Below are positions 1 to 11,475 of a stretch of DNA of 64,000 bases, one piece after another. A program made the translations under genes and the position numbers. Below the pieces are notes generated by a model. That model was not told where the DNA came from. It saw only the letters and a program-made list of their open reading frames with translations, and did no database searches. This DNA is from Mustelus asterias. Lineage: Eukaryota. Where the stretch lies: positions 15,004,001 to 15,068,000 of the forward strand of contig NC_135830.1 in assembly GCF_964213995.1 (NCBI RefSeq). The letters run 5' to 3'. Every line of letters starts with the position of its first letter. The first letter of the stretch is position 1.

Positions 1-376
1 ATCTCTTCCCACACTGAGAGCAGGTGAACGGCCTCTCCCCAGTATGAATGCGCTCATGGACCGGCAGGTCGGAAGATCGACTGAATCCCTCCCCACACTG
101 AGAACACGTGAATGGCCTCTCCCCAGTGTGAACTCGCTGGTGTCTCTGCAGGCTGGATGACTGAGTGAATCCCTTCCCACACTGAGAGCAGATGAACGGC
201 CTCTGCCCAGTGTGAACTCGCTGGTGTTTCTGCAGGCCGGATGAGTAGGTGAATCCCTTCCCACACTGAGAGCAGGTGAATGGTCTCTTCCCAGTGTGGC
301 TGCGCCGATGAGCTTCCAGCAGAGATGGGGATCTGTATCTCTTCTCACAGTCCGCACATTTCCATGGTTTCTCCAT
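1..376 (-). CDS. C2H2 zinc-finger gene ZNF1 (runs off the left edge of the window)
   Basis: Reverse strand from ATG at 376 reads [42 protein letters not shown]..., giving at least 4 tandem fingers with TGERPF-type linkers. Confidence 0.9.
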   Translation of the reverse strand, partial: MEKPWKCADCEKRYRSPSLLEAHRRSHTGKRPFTCSQCGKGFTYSSGLQKHQRVHTGQRPFICSQCGKGFTQSSSLQRHQRVHTGERPFTCSQCGEGFSRSSDLPVHERIHTGERPFTCSQCGKR

Positions 377-699
377 GGTGCAAGTGTCCTTGCCTCTCCC
401 TTGGGTGACCAATCAGTTGAAGCCTTGTCCACACACACAACACGGGTACCGTCTCTCCCTGCTGTGAATGGTGTGATATTTATTCAGGCTGTGTAACTGG
501 TTAAAGCTCTTTAGTCAGTGCACTGGAACACTCTCACTCGAGTGTGGCAGTGTGTCGCTGCTTTTCCAGTCACACTGACATTTGAAATCTTTTCAAATCA
601 ACAGACCGGATAATCATTTCTTCTTCTAGATTCAAAGTCCGATGATATTCAGCTCCCAAGGAATATGACTCTGTCAGATCTAGATGTGACGTTTGAGAT

Positions 700-970
700 T
701 TCAGCCTGTGATTCCTCTTTCAATATCCTGTAAAACGAGTTTACAAAAGTCATCAGTGTCAGTACAGGATAGAAATTCAGAACAGACAATTCTAGTTTCT
801 ATGGAACATTCTTTCCTATTTCAGTCCCAAAAAGCTGTAAATCTCCATCCCACACACTCTCCCTCCATTCTCACTCTGCTGTATCTAATATTCACCCTCC
901 CAATTCTCCTGAAGGTGCTGATTGAGGCTGATTGACAGATCCATGCTCACTGCTTCCTGTCCTGGACACA
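700..970 (-). other. Conserved ZNF 5' module (predicted exon 2, intron 2 and exon-3 acceptor) of ZNF1
   Basis: Near-identical to 4150-4370, 24223-24456 and 45690-45930; minus strand shows tgtgtccAG, GGAGG|GTGAAT and ttttacAG. Confidence 0.7.
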
Positions 971-981
971 GAGACCATAAC

Positions 982-1385
982 AAATAGGAGCTGCAGTCGG
1001 CCATTTGGTCCATCGAGCCTTTTAAACTATTCAATGAGATAATTCGTTCATCTACCTCAGCATCATTCTCCCCACACTAAACCCATATCCCTTGATATCC
1101 TCAATATCTAGAAACCAATCAATCTCTCTCTCGAAAATAGTTGATGACTGAGGCTTCACTGTCCTCAGGGGTTGAGAATTCCAAAGCTTCACCACATCCT
1201 TGAGTGAAGAAATCCCCCCACATCTTAGCTTTTGCTCCATCTTCTTCTCTGTTCCCCATAACCCTTGACACCCTTGTCAGTCAAAGATCTGTCTAACTGG
1301 AATATATTCAATGATCCTCAGCCTCCACTGGTCCCTGTGGAAGAGAAATCCAAAAGACTAACAACCCTCTGAGGGAAGAGATGTC
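982..1385 (-). mobile_element. Old CR1/L2 3'-end fragments in ZNF intron 1 (paralogous copies at 12235-12630 and 30710-31100)
   Basis: Degenerate C-terminal ORF2 words (VKLWNS..FEREIDWFLD..IKGYG) followed by a 3'UTR hairpin region. Confidence 0.65.
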
Positions 1386-2055
1386 TGGAAATATATAACG
1401 TAGCTACAGTTCCATATTACAAGATATTCAGATCCCAAGGAATATGACTCTTTCTAGATGTGACAGTTGAGATTTCTGCCTGTGATTCCTCGTTCAAAAT
1501 CCTGTGAAATGAGTTTGCAAAAGTCATCACAGTCAGTATAGGATAGAAATTCAGAGCAGACAATTCTAGTTTCTATGGAATGTTATTTCCTATTTCATTC
1601 CCAAAATGTTGTAACTCTCCATCCATATCTATGGATTCTATTTAAAAATGAAAGTGGATGGGCACTTGAAGGAAATAAACTTTCAGGAGAATGGGGATAT
1701 AGAGTGGGAATGGGACTGGAATGTTATACAGAGAGTCAGCATGGACTTGAGTTACCGAATGGATTCCTTCTGTGCTGTAATGACTTTATGACTGGAAATG
1801 TATAACATCGCTGCAGCATTATATTATAATGCAAGAAATAATAATAAATGTATTTTACTACAGAAACATAAATAATATATCTAATCTGGGTACCTTATAA
1901 TAACACTAGACATATCTCTGTCCTATATTAATTTACTGTCCCCTTAAATGTCAGCCATCTCCTGGGGAAAGCTGCCCTTTAATGTGAACATTAGGAAAAA
2001 GACCATCCTTTTAGACAGACAAATAAATGTGTCAAGCTGAGGGAGCAAAGGATGT

Positions 2056-2532
2056 TCACCAGGCTGATTCAGGGAATCGCGGGACTGATGTATGAGGAGA
2101 GACTGACTGGGTTAGAATTGTTTTCATTGGAGTTCAGATGAATGAGGGGGGAGTCTCAAAGAGACTTATAAAATTCTAAGGGTCGAGACAGGATAGATGC
2201 AGGGAGGATGTTCCCGATGGAGTCCAGAACCGGGGGTCACAGTCTGAGGATTCAGGGCAGACCATTTAGGACGGATTTGAGGAGACATTTCTTCACCCAA
2301 AGAATAGTGACCCTGTGGAATTTATTACCACAGGAAGTGGTTGATGCCAAAACATTGAATGTATTCAAGAGGCGGCTGGATAAAGCACTTGGGGCGAATG
2401 GGATCACAGGTTATGGGGAAAAAGCAGGATTAGGCTATTGAGTTGGATGATTAGCCATGATTGTAATGAATGGCGGAGCAGGCTCGAAGGGCCAAATGGC
2501 CTCCTCCTGCTCCTATCTTCTATGTTTCTATA
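2056..2532 (+). mobile_element. 5'-truncated CR1/L2 LINE 3' end
   Basis: ORF 2208-2441 (GHSLRIQGRPFRTDLRRHFFTQR..GYG) and a ttctatgtttctat tail; interrupts GGATGT^CAATGTC of the ZNF intron-1 module. Confidence 0.85.
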
Positions 2533-2761
2533 TCAATGTCTTTAAGAGAGAGAGAGAGACCTGGGCCAACCTTTCCAGAGTCTGCAACCTCCCTGGATTC
2601 ACTTCCTTTCCCTTCAGTTGCTGCAAGTCCCCAATTTCCCCCAGAATGAGAAAAGAAATGGAAAGGGGGAGAAAAGAAAGTGTTTTACTCACAGATGTTG
2701 GCCTCTTTAAAGGAATGCAGTGCCAATTTGCAGATAGCACAGAAAGCCAGCAAAGGGGCCC

Positions 2762-2814
2762 TGCCGAAACCCGGGATTGAACCAGGGACCTTTAGATCTT
2801 CAGTCTCACACTCT
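2762..2814 (-). pseudogene. 5'-truncated tRNA-Phe(GAA) fragment
   Basis: Reverse complement agagtgtgagaCTGAAGAtctaaaggtccctggttcaatcccgggtttcggca matches the 3' two-thirds of vertebrate tRNA-Phe; 5' acceptor strand and A box missing, no CCA. Confidence 0.9.
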
Positions 2815-2859
2815 TAATTGCTTGCACTTAATTGAAACAGGAGGAAGTTTGAATCTGCC

Positions 2860-3285
2860 TGAAGCTCAATCTTCAATCACACAAGGCCCGCGCTCTGCTT
2901 GGCTGGAGGACCAGAATCCTTCCGGTCCTCCAACTCTTCCCATTGGCCAGAGCTGGTGAGGGGCAGTGAATCAAAAGTGCGCATGTGTGGGTTTTTAGGA
3001 GGAATGCGCATGTGCGGGTGTGGGGGGGGCCCGGGACAAAGCCGGCGCACTGACCATTGTCTGTCCGGGTCTTCCAACCTTTTCCAATGGACAACAGCTC
3101 AGCGCGGCTGGAGGGCAAAGTCCCGCCCACCCCCACGAGGGGCTCCGCCCCTCATTGTCTGTGCAGGGGATTGACCAATGGGAACTCTGGAGGACCGGAA
3201 GGACTCTGGTTCAGCTGCTCATTCCTGCCCAGCAAAACTGCTGCTGCTCTCTGTCTGAATGAAGATTGAGCTTTCGACAGACTCA
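2860..3285. promoter_or_regulatory. Predicted bidirectional CpG promoter between ZNF1(-) and ZNF2(+)
   Basis: Outward-facing CCAAT and CCGGAAG arms, two TGCGCATGTG NRF1-like sites, GC boxes, and an exon-1 motif (gaagattgagct..cagactcaaa) on both ends; inverted paralog at 22355-22900. Confidence 0.7.
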
Positions 3286-3309
3286 AGGAAGTGAAAAGGA
3301 TCAGCCAAT

Positions 3310-3420
3310 GCCTACGGCAATACCAGACTGAAAACGCCTGACCTCGGAAGCTAAGCAGACTCAGGCCTGTTTAGTACTTGAATAGGAGACCTCCTGGGAA
3401 TACTAGGTGTAGTAGACTTT
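3310..3420 (+). pseudogene. 5S rRNA pseudogene
   Basis: gcctacggcaataccag...ctcggaagctaagcag...ttagtacttg...ggagacc.cctgggaatac..ggtg..gtagacttt follows vertebrate 5S, with an ~10-nt internal deletion and many substitutions. Confidence 0.9.
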
Positions 3421-3747
3421 AGGATGGCATGGTGGCACAGTGGTTAGCACTGCTGCCTCACAGCGTCAGGGACTTGGGTCAATTCCTGTTTTGAGTCACT
3501 GTCTGTGTGGACTTTGCATGTTCTCTCCCCATGTGGGTTTCTCCCGGGTGCTCCGGTTTCCTCCCACGGTCCAAAAGATGTGCGGGTCGGGTGGATTGGC
3601 CATGTTAAATTGCCCCTTAGTGCCAGGGGGACAAGTTAGGGTAAATGCACAGAGGTACGGGGATAGGGCCCGAGTGGGATTGTGGTTGGTGCAGACTCGA
3701 TGGGACGAATGGCCTCCTTCTACACTATAGGATTGTATGATTCTATG
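3421..3747 (+). mobile_element. tRNA-derived SINE (V-SINE/HE1-like)
   Basis: Head tggcacagtggttagcactgctgcctcacag, central ggtttcctccca core, CR1-type attctatg tail. Confidence 0.85.
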
Positions 3748-4714
3748 AAGTGAATCCAGAGAGGGTGCAGACTCTGGAAAGGTTGGCCCAGGTCTCTCTC
3801 CCTCTCTTAAAGACATTGACGTTCTTTGCTCCCTCAGCTTGACACATTGATTTGCTTGGTTAAGAGGATGTTCTCTTTCCTAATGTTCAGAATTAAAGGG
3901 CTGCTTTCCCCAGGAGATGGCTGACATTTAAGGGGACAGTAAATTAATATAGGACAGAGATATATCTTGTGATTTTTTTTGTCACAGATTTGATAAATTA
4001 TTTATGGTTCTGCAATGAAGTAATTTATTCTTATTTATATTCTTGTAATATTGTTCTGTACCTCTGTTATATACTTCCAGTTATGGAGTCATTACAGCAA
4101 AGGGGTCCTTTCAGCCACACACGTCCATCCTGACTCTTGGTCAAAGTGAAGCAGTGAACATGGATCTGTCAATCAGCCTCAATCAGCACCTTCAGGAGAA
4201 TTGGGAGGGTGAGTATTAGATACAGCAGAGTGAGAATGGAGGGAGAGTGTGTGGGATGGAGATTCACAGGAATGAGAGAGGAAAGAATGTTCCATAGAAA
4301 CTAGAATTGTCTGTTCTGAATTTCTATCCTGTACTGACACTGATGCATTTTGTAAACTCCTTTTACAGGATATCTGAAGGTGATGATTTGCAGGCAGAAA
4401 TATCAAACCAAATGTCACACTAAGATCTCACAAATTCACTCTATTTATCGGAACCTGAATATCATCAGTCTTTCAATTTAGAAGGATAAATATTTGTCTG
4501 TTCTGTCTTTTTCAGGAGATCTTCAATATCAGTGTGCCTGGAAAAGCACTGAAACACACACACACCTGAGTGAGCGTGTTCCAGTGCACGGACTGTGGAA
4601 AGAGCTTTAACACAGTCTGAAAAAACATTGCATCATTCACATCAGGGAGAGAAATTAATTGAAACCAGCAGAGAAATTAAGTGAAACCAGCAGAGTCACA
4701 AGGACACCTGCACC

Positions 4715-5389
4715 ATGGAGAAACGGTGGAAATGTGGGGACTGTGGGAAGGGATTCAATTACCCATCAAAGCTGGAAACTCATCGACGCAGTCACACTGG
4801 GGAGAGACCATTCACCTGCTCTCAGTATGGGAAGGGATTTAGTCAATTCTCCCTTCTGCTTACACACCAGCGAGTTCACACCGGGGAGAGGCCGTTCACC
4901 TGTTCGGAGTGTGGGAAGGGATTCAGCGATTTACCCACACTGCGGAGACACCAGCGAGTTCACACTGGGGAGAGACCATTCACCTGCCCTGTTTGTGGAA
5001 ATGTTTTCAGCAATTCATCCACACTACTGACACACCAGCGAGTTCACACTGGAGACAGACCGTTCAATTGCTCTGACTGTGGAAAGGGATTCATTCAGTC
5101 ATCCCACTTGCTGACACACCAGCGGGTCCACAGAGGGGAAAAGCCATTCACCTGCTCTGAGTGTGGGAGAGGATTCAGTGATTCATCAAACCTGCTGACA
5201 CACCAGCGAGTTCACACTGAGAAGAAGCCATTCAACTGCTCTGTGTGTGGAAGGGGATTCAAACATTCAGCAACCGTGATGAAACACCAGCGAGTTCACA
5301 CCAGGGAGAGGCCGTTCACCTGCTCCATGTGTGGGAAGGGATTCACATTGTTCTGCAACCTGCAGAGACACCAGCGAGTTCACAAATGA
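4715..5389 (+). CDS. C2H2 zinc-finger gene ZNF2 (8 fingers, finger 2 has C->Y)
   Basis: 224-aa [13 protein letters not shown]...HQRVHK. Confidence 0.9.
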   Translation: MEKRWKCGDCGKGFNYPSKLETHRRSHTGERPFTCSQYGKGFSQFSLLLTHQRVHTGERPFTCSECGKGFSDLPTLRRHQRVHTGERPFTCPVCGNVFSNSSTLLTHQRVHTGDRPFNCSDCGKGFIQSSHLLTHQRVHRGEKPFTCSECGRGFSDSSNLLTHQRVHTEKKPFNCSVCGRGFKHSATVMKHQRVHTRERPFTCSMCGKGFTLFCNLQRHQRVHK

Positions 5390-6238
5390 TGACAGGGTTG
5401 GATTCTGCTGTTATTGCTGTGGTTAATCGCATCCAGGACTGAACCATGTTCATTCTGACAGTAGGTGAAGTGGGAGGGTCGGAGGGTTTCTTTCTCGTGG
5501 ACTGGCCGGTCCCACAACTTTGCTTCCAGTGGGCTGATGCTCTTTGAGCCTGGGAGAGCACTGAAATGATCCACATTTGATGGCAGGATTAGAGGATACA
5601 TGTGAAGCTTCTTGTAGTTTAATTGTGAATGTCAATGCTGGAGAAATACTATGTCGTAATTGTATTCGCTTTTTAACTTAAAGAGAAATAGTCACTTTCC
5701 TTCAACATACACACAGATTAGTGTGGGTTTGATTATCAGTTTCTGTCATGGTGTTGTTGTGATGCATTTTCTGTGACTTTTATTTCTTATGAAAATAAAA
5801 TAAAAATGGTATTTTGTAATGTGTATGTTGCTTCCTGAGCTTTAGCACACCTGTCACCTTTCTGTGTAGATTTTCTATGTTCTGTAGTAATTGCTGTATT
5901 AGTTTGTGTAGCTCTTGTACTTTTAGTTATTTGTCTTTAAGTAACTTGCATCAGGCATCAGCAGCCAGTAAGAAATGAAACATCACACCTCAGATGTATC
6001 AGTTAGGTCGATGAGCCTGAGGAACATCAATCATCAGGAAGTGACACCACACGTCCTTTTATTACAAGGAAGCAGACACACAAATTACCTTGTGCTGCCT
6101 TGTTATCTCAGCGGAAAAGCTTTGAACTTACTACAGCAGCAGAGAAAAGCAATGAAGAAAAGGATGTTGCTGCAAGTGACTGAGATCCTGGATTAACTCA
6201 GTTAGGAGTTAATGGGAAGTGATGTCAGCAAGGTGACC

Positions 6239-6556
6239 GGGGCAGCACGGTGACACAGTGGTTCGCACTGCTGCCACACAGTGCCAGGAACCCGGGTTCA
6301 ATTCCGGCCTTGAGCAACTGTGTGGAGTCTGTACATTCTCCCCGTGTCTGCGTGGGTTTTCTTCAGGTGCTCCGGTTTCCTCCCACACTCCAAAGATGTG
6401 CAGGTTAGATTGAATGGCTGTGTTAAATTGCCTCTTAGTGTCAGGGGAATTAGTTGGGTAAATACGTGGGGTTGCGGGGATAGGTCCTGGGTGGGATTGT
6501 GGTCAGTGCAGACTCGATGGGCCAAATGGCCTCCTTCTGCACTGTAGGGATTCTAT
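6239..6556 (+). mobile_element. tRNA-derived SINE (V-SINE/HE1-like) flanked by 33-bp direct repeats
   Basis: Same head, core and tail as 3421; direct repeats at 6206-6238 and 6557-6589. Confidence 0.85.
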
Positions 6557-7867
6557 GAGTTAATAGGAAGTGACATCAGCAAGATGACCAATATCCTTCA
6601 GGGACCAATCAAACATTGATCATGCACCATTTAACCAATCAGGGACTGATCATGTGCTGCTTGGGCCACTCAGAACCACAGGAGACGAGTGACAAAGCTG
6701 AATGAGTGAATGCCGCACAGAGATAGTTGTGAGCCAGGGTTAATGAGTGACAATTTTCCGGAGCTCGGTGCGCAACACGACACAGCATGAAGTAAGAAGA
6801 TAGACTTTGGTCAACAGAACAGCAGACAGCCACAGTCAACTAAAAGCAAAGAGTTGGTGTTCCAGAGTGAGTGGACTGATCCACTGTGTTTAAATATTGT
6901 GATTTTGTACTTATTACGATTAAATTCTGTGACAACATTTTTGTACCTGGAATGTTCTGTAACTCCTCAGGAACTGCAGATTCCTTTCACAACTTATTCC
7001 AATGGGTTACTGACTTCAGGATTACAATTGAGATTGGAGCCAAACCCATATCTGACAACAGGATAGAATTGAAGGGGAGAAGTGTGGGTCTAAGACCAGT
7101 GTTTTAAACCAAAATAAAGGGTCTGAAGGGAGAGCTGGCGAAGCCATACAAAGTAAGGGAAATTATATTGTTTGACCTTTGATTTGTTTGACATATTTTC
7201 TGTGTATTTTTATGATCCTGGTTGGGACCGTTAATGTTTAAAGAGAAATTCAAAAAGCTAATAATTAACTGTAAGAATTATACCACAAGATTTTATGCAT
7301 TTAACCAAAAACAAACTTTATTGGATATATAAAACAAAAGAAAATTAAAAACCAACACTGCAAACTTAACACTGTAGTTTAGAAAGACTTATGTTATAAA
7401 CTCAGTTCTACTTTTTAACTTCTACCCCTAGGTTTCCCTTAGACTTAATGATATCCTGAAGGTTCATTCACTTCTGTTCCTGTGAATATATGGAAGGTAC
7501 GTCAAAGCTCCCCAGAATTCACTTTAATTCTCCTCCGTGTTCCAGCTATTCTCCAAACTTTTATGAGGTCCTTCCATTAGTTTCCCACTAAACAACCTTC
7601 TAACTTTCCTCTAAGATCTCAAAACTGTGGACTGCTCAGTCCAGGCCTGAGCTTCACTGCCTTCTTCTGGAGGGATTTAAACATTAGGAACAGCCCTGGT
7701 TCCTCATGGCCCTCTGGGCTTCTAGTCCCACAGCTGGTTCACAGCTCCTGGTCCCACAACTGACGGCTTCCAGGCTAACTGCAGACTGCCTGATTTCTGT
7801 GAAATGTCGAAACCTCTCTCTTTTCTCCTTCCTGTTTAACAAAGGGGTTGTGTGGAATATTCCATTC

Positions 7868-8255
7868 AGGGGGAGGTGGTGGGAATGTCGCTGGCCGAGT
7901 AATGCAGAGACCCAGCAAAGAATCTGGGGACAGGCAGCTGGTGGGATTTGAATTCAGTGAATCAATCTGGAATTATATAAAGTTAGTTTCATGGTCACCG
8001 TTACGAGACTATCATTGATTGTTGTAAAAACCTGTCCGGTTCACCGTATTAATGTTCCCCATTAAGGAAGGAAATCTGCCATCCTTACCCGGTCTGGCCT
8101 ACATGTGAATCCAGACCCACACAGCGATGTGGGTGAATCTTAACTGCCCCTCTGAAATGGCTGAGCAAGTCACTCCGTTCAGGGGCAATTAGGAGCTGAG
8201 CAACGTGTGCTGGGGCTTTGCCAGCAGTGTCCACATCCCAGGAAAGAATAAAGAA
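7868..8255 (+). mobile_element. Second SINE family with L2-like 3' tail (inverted paralog at 39575-39895)
   Basis: ggaaggaaatctgccatccttacc.ggtctggcctacatgtga core and cacatccca..aagaataaa tail, shared with 12740-13042 and 30210-30600. Confidence 0.7.
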
Positions 8256-8896
8256 TATTCCACGGAAAGCGATGGGTGATTTGAAATGAATTGAAAGGAG
8301 GTCAGGAGGTGCTCATATCGCCCAGAGCTGCTTTTCAATGGATCCTCCTGTTTAAAATAAAAACACATCAGTGTGCCCCTTTCCCAGACACAGTTGACCT
8401 TGGAATATCACAATGCTGTTTTTAAACATTCCTATGTTAAAGAATCAGTCATTTAGAATTGTGAAACAGACAGAAATTAAACGGTCCGTTTTTCCTGGGA
8501 TCCTCCTGTGCCTGGCACCGGTGTCCTGAACAAGGTTATTAACATTCTCTGGGTTAAAGGTTCCTCCTGGTTCTTGCTGTCTGTTGTGTCCTTTGTCACA
8601 GTCGGTACCAGGACATTTCTATTGAAAGGTTGTTAAGAAATTCCAGTGAATTCCAGCCCCTTGTGTAACGTTCCATTTGGTGTGTGTCAGATTCAGAGAT
8701 GTCCACGTGTGTGTGAAAAGGGTTCTGGGTAAGGGTTTTAACCCTTCTTTCCCCGTTAGTAACAATGAGCCCTGTATTCAATTCTAAAGTATAAAGTCCT
8801 CATTAGATATCAATTCTACCTGTTATCTACATTTCACCAACCAGTCTATATTTTCATCACAGGACTGCAGTGGGAGCACCGTCAACATCTTACTGA

Positions 8897-9685
8897 CTGG
8901 ATCGATTTTATCGAGGAGATGACGAAGGTGATCGATGAGGGTAGAGCAGTGGATGTTGTGAACATGTATTTTAGTAAGGCTTTCGACAAGGTCCCTCACG
9001 GTCGGCTCATCCAGAAGATTAAGATGCATGGGATTCACGGTCACTTGGCCACTTGGATTCAGAATTGACTTGCCCATAGAAGTCAGGGAGTAGTGGTGGA
9101 GGGTGTTTTTCTGGCTAGAGGTCCGTGACTAGTGGTGTTCTGCAGGGATCCGTACTGGGACCTGCGCTATTTGTGACATATATAAATGACTTTGATGAAA
9201 ACGTGGATGGGTGGGTTAGTAAGCTTGCAGACGACACAAAGCTAGATGGAGTTGTAGATAGTGTAGAAGGTTGTGAAAGGTTTCAGTGGGATGTAGATCA
9301 GCTGCAGATATGAGCGGAGAAATGGCAGATGGATTTTAATCCAGACAAGTGTGAGGTGCTGCACTTTGGAAGATCAACTATTAAGGATAAGTATACAGTT
9401 AATGTACAGGGGGATCTTGGGAATCAAGAAAGTTCAAAGGAGATGTGAGAGGTAAGTTTTTTTACACAGAGAGTGGTAGGTGTCTGGAATGCGCTGCTCG
9501 GAGTGGTGGTGGAGGCAGATACGATAGGGGCGTTTAAGGGGGTTTTAAATAAGCACATGAATATGCAAGGAATAGAGGAATATGGACCATGGGCAGGCAA
9601 AAAGGAATAGTTTAATTTGGCATCATGTTCGACACAACATGGTGGGCTGAAGGGTCTGTTCCTGTGCTGTGCTGTTCTACGTTCT
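8897..9685 (+). mobile_element. Degenerate CR1 RT fragments (inverted paralog at 32903-34100)
   Basis: SGVLQGSVLGP..INDFD..SKLADDTK motifs, CR1 3'UTR and gttcta tail. Confidence 0.85.
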
Positions 9686-10119
9686 ATTTGTGATCTCCAT
9701 TTAGAAAAAGGAAATAGAGGCACTGGAGAAGGGGCAAGAAAGATTCACAAGAATAATCCCAGAACTGGAATCACTTGTGAACTCACTGGTGTTTCACCAA
9801 GTTTGCTGACTGAGTGAATCCCTTCCCAGTCAGAGCAGGTGACCAGCCTCTGCCTGGTGTGAACTCACTGGTGGGACATTAGTTCCCGAGAGCTTTTGAA
9901 GCCACGCCCACATTTAAAGGGTCTCTCCTGGGTGTGATGATGTTGTGTCTGGGCAGGCTGGATAACTGAGTAAATCCTTTCGCACACACCGAGCAGGTGA
10001 ATGGTTTCTCCCCGGTGTGAACTCACTGGAGTTTCAGCAGTGTTGATGATATTCTAAACCTCCTTGAACAGTGAGAGCAGCTGAACGGCCTCTCCCCGGT
10101 GTGAATATGCTCGGGATCA

Positions 10120-11475
10120 TCAGTTCCTGAAAGCTTCTGAAGCCGGCCTCTCAGGCAGAACATTTAAAGGGCTCTCCTTGGAGTGAGTGGCTTTGTGTCT
10201 CAGCAAGGTGGATGAATGAGTGAATCCCTTCCCACACACAGAGCAGGTGAATGGCCTCTCCCCAGTGTGAACTCGCTGGTGTATCCGCAGGCTGGATGAC
10301 CATTTAAACCTCTTTGAGCAGTGAGAGCAGCTGAACGGTCTCTCCTCAGTGTGAATGCGCTGGTGGGACACCAGTTCCTGAGAGCTTTTGAATCCGCTCC
10401 CACAGTCAGAGCATTTAAACGGTCTCTCATTGGTGTGAGTGAGATTGTGTGCGCGCAGGTTCGATGAAACAGTGAATCCCTTCCCACACACAGAGCAGGT
10501 GAACGGTCTCTCCCCAGTGTGAACTCGCTGGTGTTTCCGCAGGTCGGATGATGTTCTAAACCTCTTTGTGCAGTGAGAGCAGCTGAACGGTCTCTCCTCA
10601 GTGTGAGTGCGCTGGTGGGACATCAGCCCTCCAGAGCTTTTGAAACCACTCCCACAGTCAGAGCATTTAAAGGGTCTCTCCTGGGTGTGAGTGACTTTGT
10701 GTGTCAGCAGGTGGGATAATTGAGTGAATCCCTTCCCACACACAGAGCATTTAAACGGTCTCTCATTGGTGTGAGTGAAATTGTGCCTCTGCAGGTGGGA
10801 TGACTGAGTGAATCCCTTCCCACACACAGAGCAGGTGAACGGTCTCTCCTCGGTGTGAATTCGCTGGTGTCTCTGCAGGTCGGATGACGTTCTAAATCTC
10901 TTTGAGCACTGAGAGCAGCTGAACGGTCTCTCCTCAGTGTGAATGCGCTGGTGTTTCAGCAGTTCTCCAGAGCTTCTGAAACCACTCCCACAGTCAGAGC
11001 ATTTAAAGGGTCTCTCATTGGTGTGAGTGAAATTGTGTCTGTGCAGGTGGGATGAATGAGTGAATCCCTTCCCACACACCGAGCAGGTGAATGGCCTCTC
11101 CCCAGTGTGAACTCGCTGGTGTCTCCGCAGACCGGATGATGTTCTAAACCTCTTTGTGCAGTGAGAGCAGCTGAACGGTCTCTCCTCAGTGTGAATGCGC
11201 TGGTGGCCCATCAGTTCCCGAGAGCTTTTGAATCCGCTCCCACAGTCAGAGCACTTAAAGGGTCTCTCCTGAGTGTGAGTGACCTTGTGTTTCTGCAAGC
11301 TGAATGACTGAGTGAAACCCTCCCCACACACAAAGCAGGTGAATGGTCTCTCCCCAGTGTGAATGCGTTCATGAATTTCCAGCTCATTTGGGAACCTGTA
11401 TCTCTTCCCACAGTCCCCACATTTCCACGGTTTTTCCCTGATGCGGGTGTCCTTGTGACTCTCCAGGTTAAACAA
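10120..11475 (-). CDS. C2H2 zinc-finger gene ZNF3 (15 fingers; family ATG mutated, possible pseudogene)
   Basis: 451-codon open frame; ACC ATG of the paralogs reads ATC AGG here; degraded fingers continue to ~9772. Confidence 0.8.
   Translation of the reverse strand: MFNLESHKDTRIREKPWKCGDCGKRYRFPNELEIHERIHTGERPFTCFVCGEGFTQSFSLQKHKVTHTQERPFKCSDCGSGFKSSRELMGHQRIHTEERPFSCSHCTKRFRTSSGLRRHQRVHTGERPFTCSVCGKGFTHSSHLHRHNFTHTNERPFKCSDCGSGFRSSGELLKHQRIHTEERPFSCSQCSKRFRTSSDLQRHQRIHTEERPFTCSVCGKGFTQSSHLQRHNFTHTNERPFKCSVCGKGFTQLSHLLTHKVTHTQERPFKCSDCGSGFKSSGGLMSHQRTHTEERPFSCSHCTKRFRTSSDLRKHQRVHTGERPFTCSVCGKGFTVSSNLRAHNLTHTNERPFKCSDCGSGFKSSQELVSHQRIHTEERPFSCSHCSKRFKWSSSLRIHQRVHTGERPFTCSVCGKGFTHSSTLLRHKATHSKESPLNVLPERPASEAFRN

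Noticed and set aside
2762-3420. Functional tRNA-Phe and 5S rRNA genes
   Set aside because: The tRNA lacks its 5' third; the 5S has an internal deletion and many substitutions
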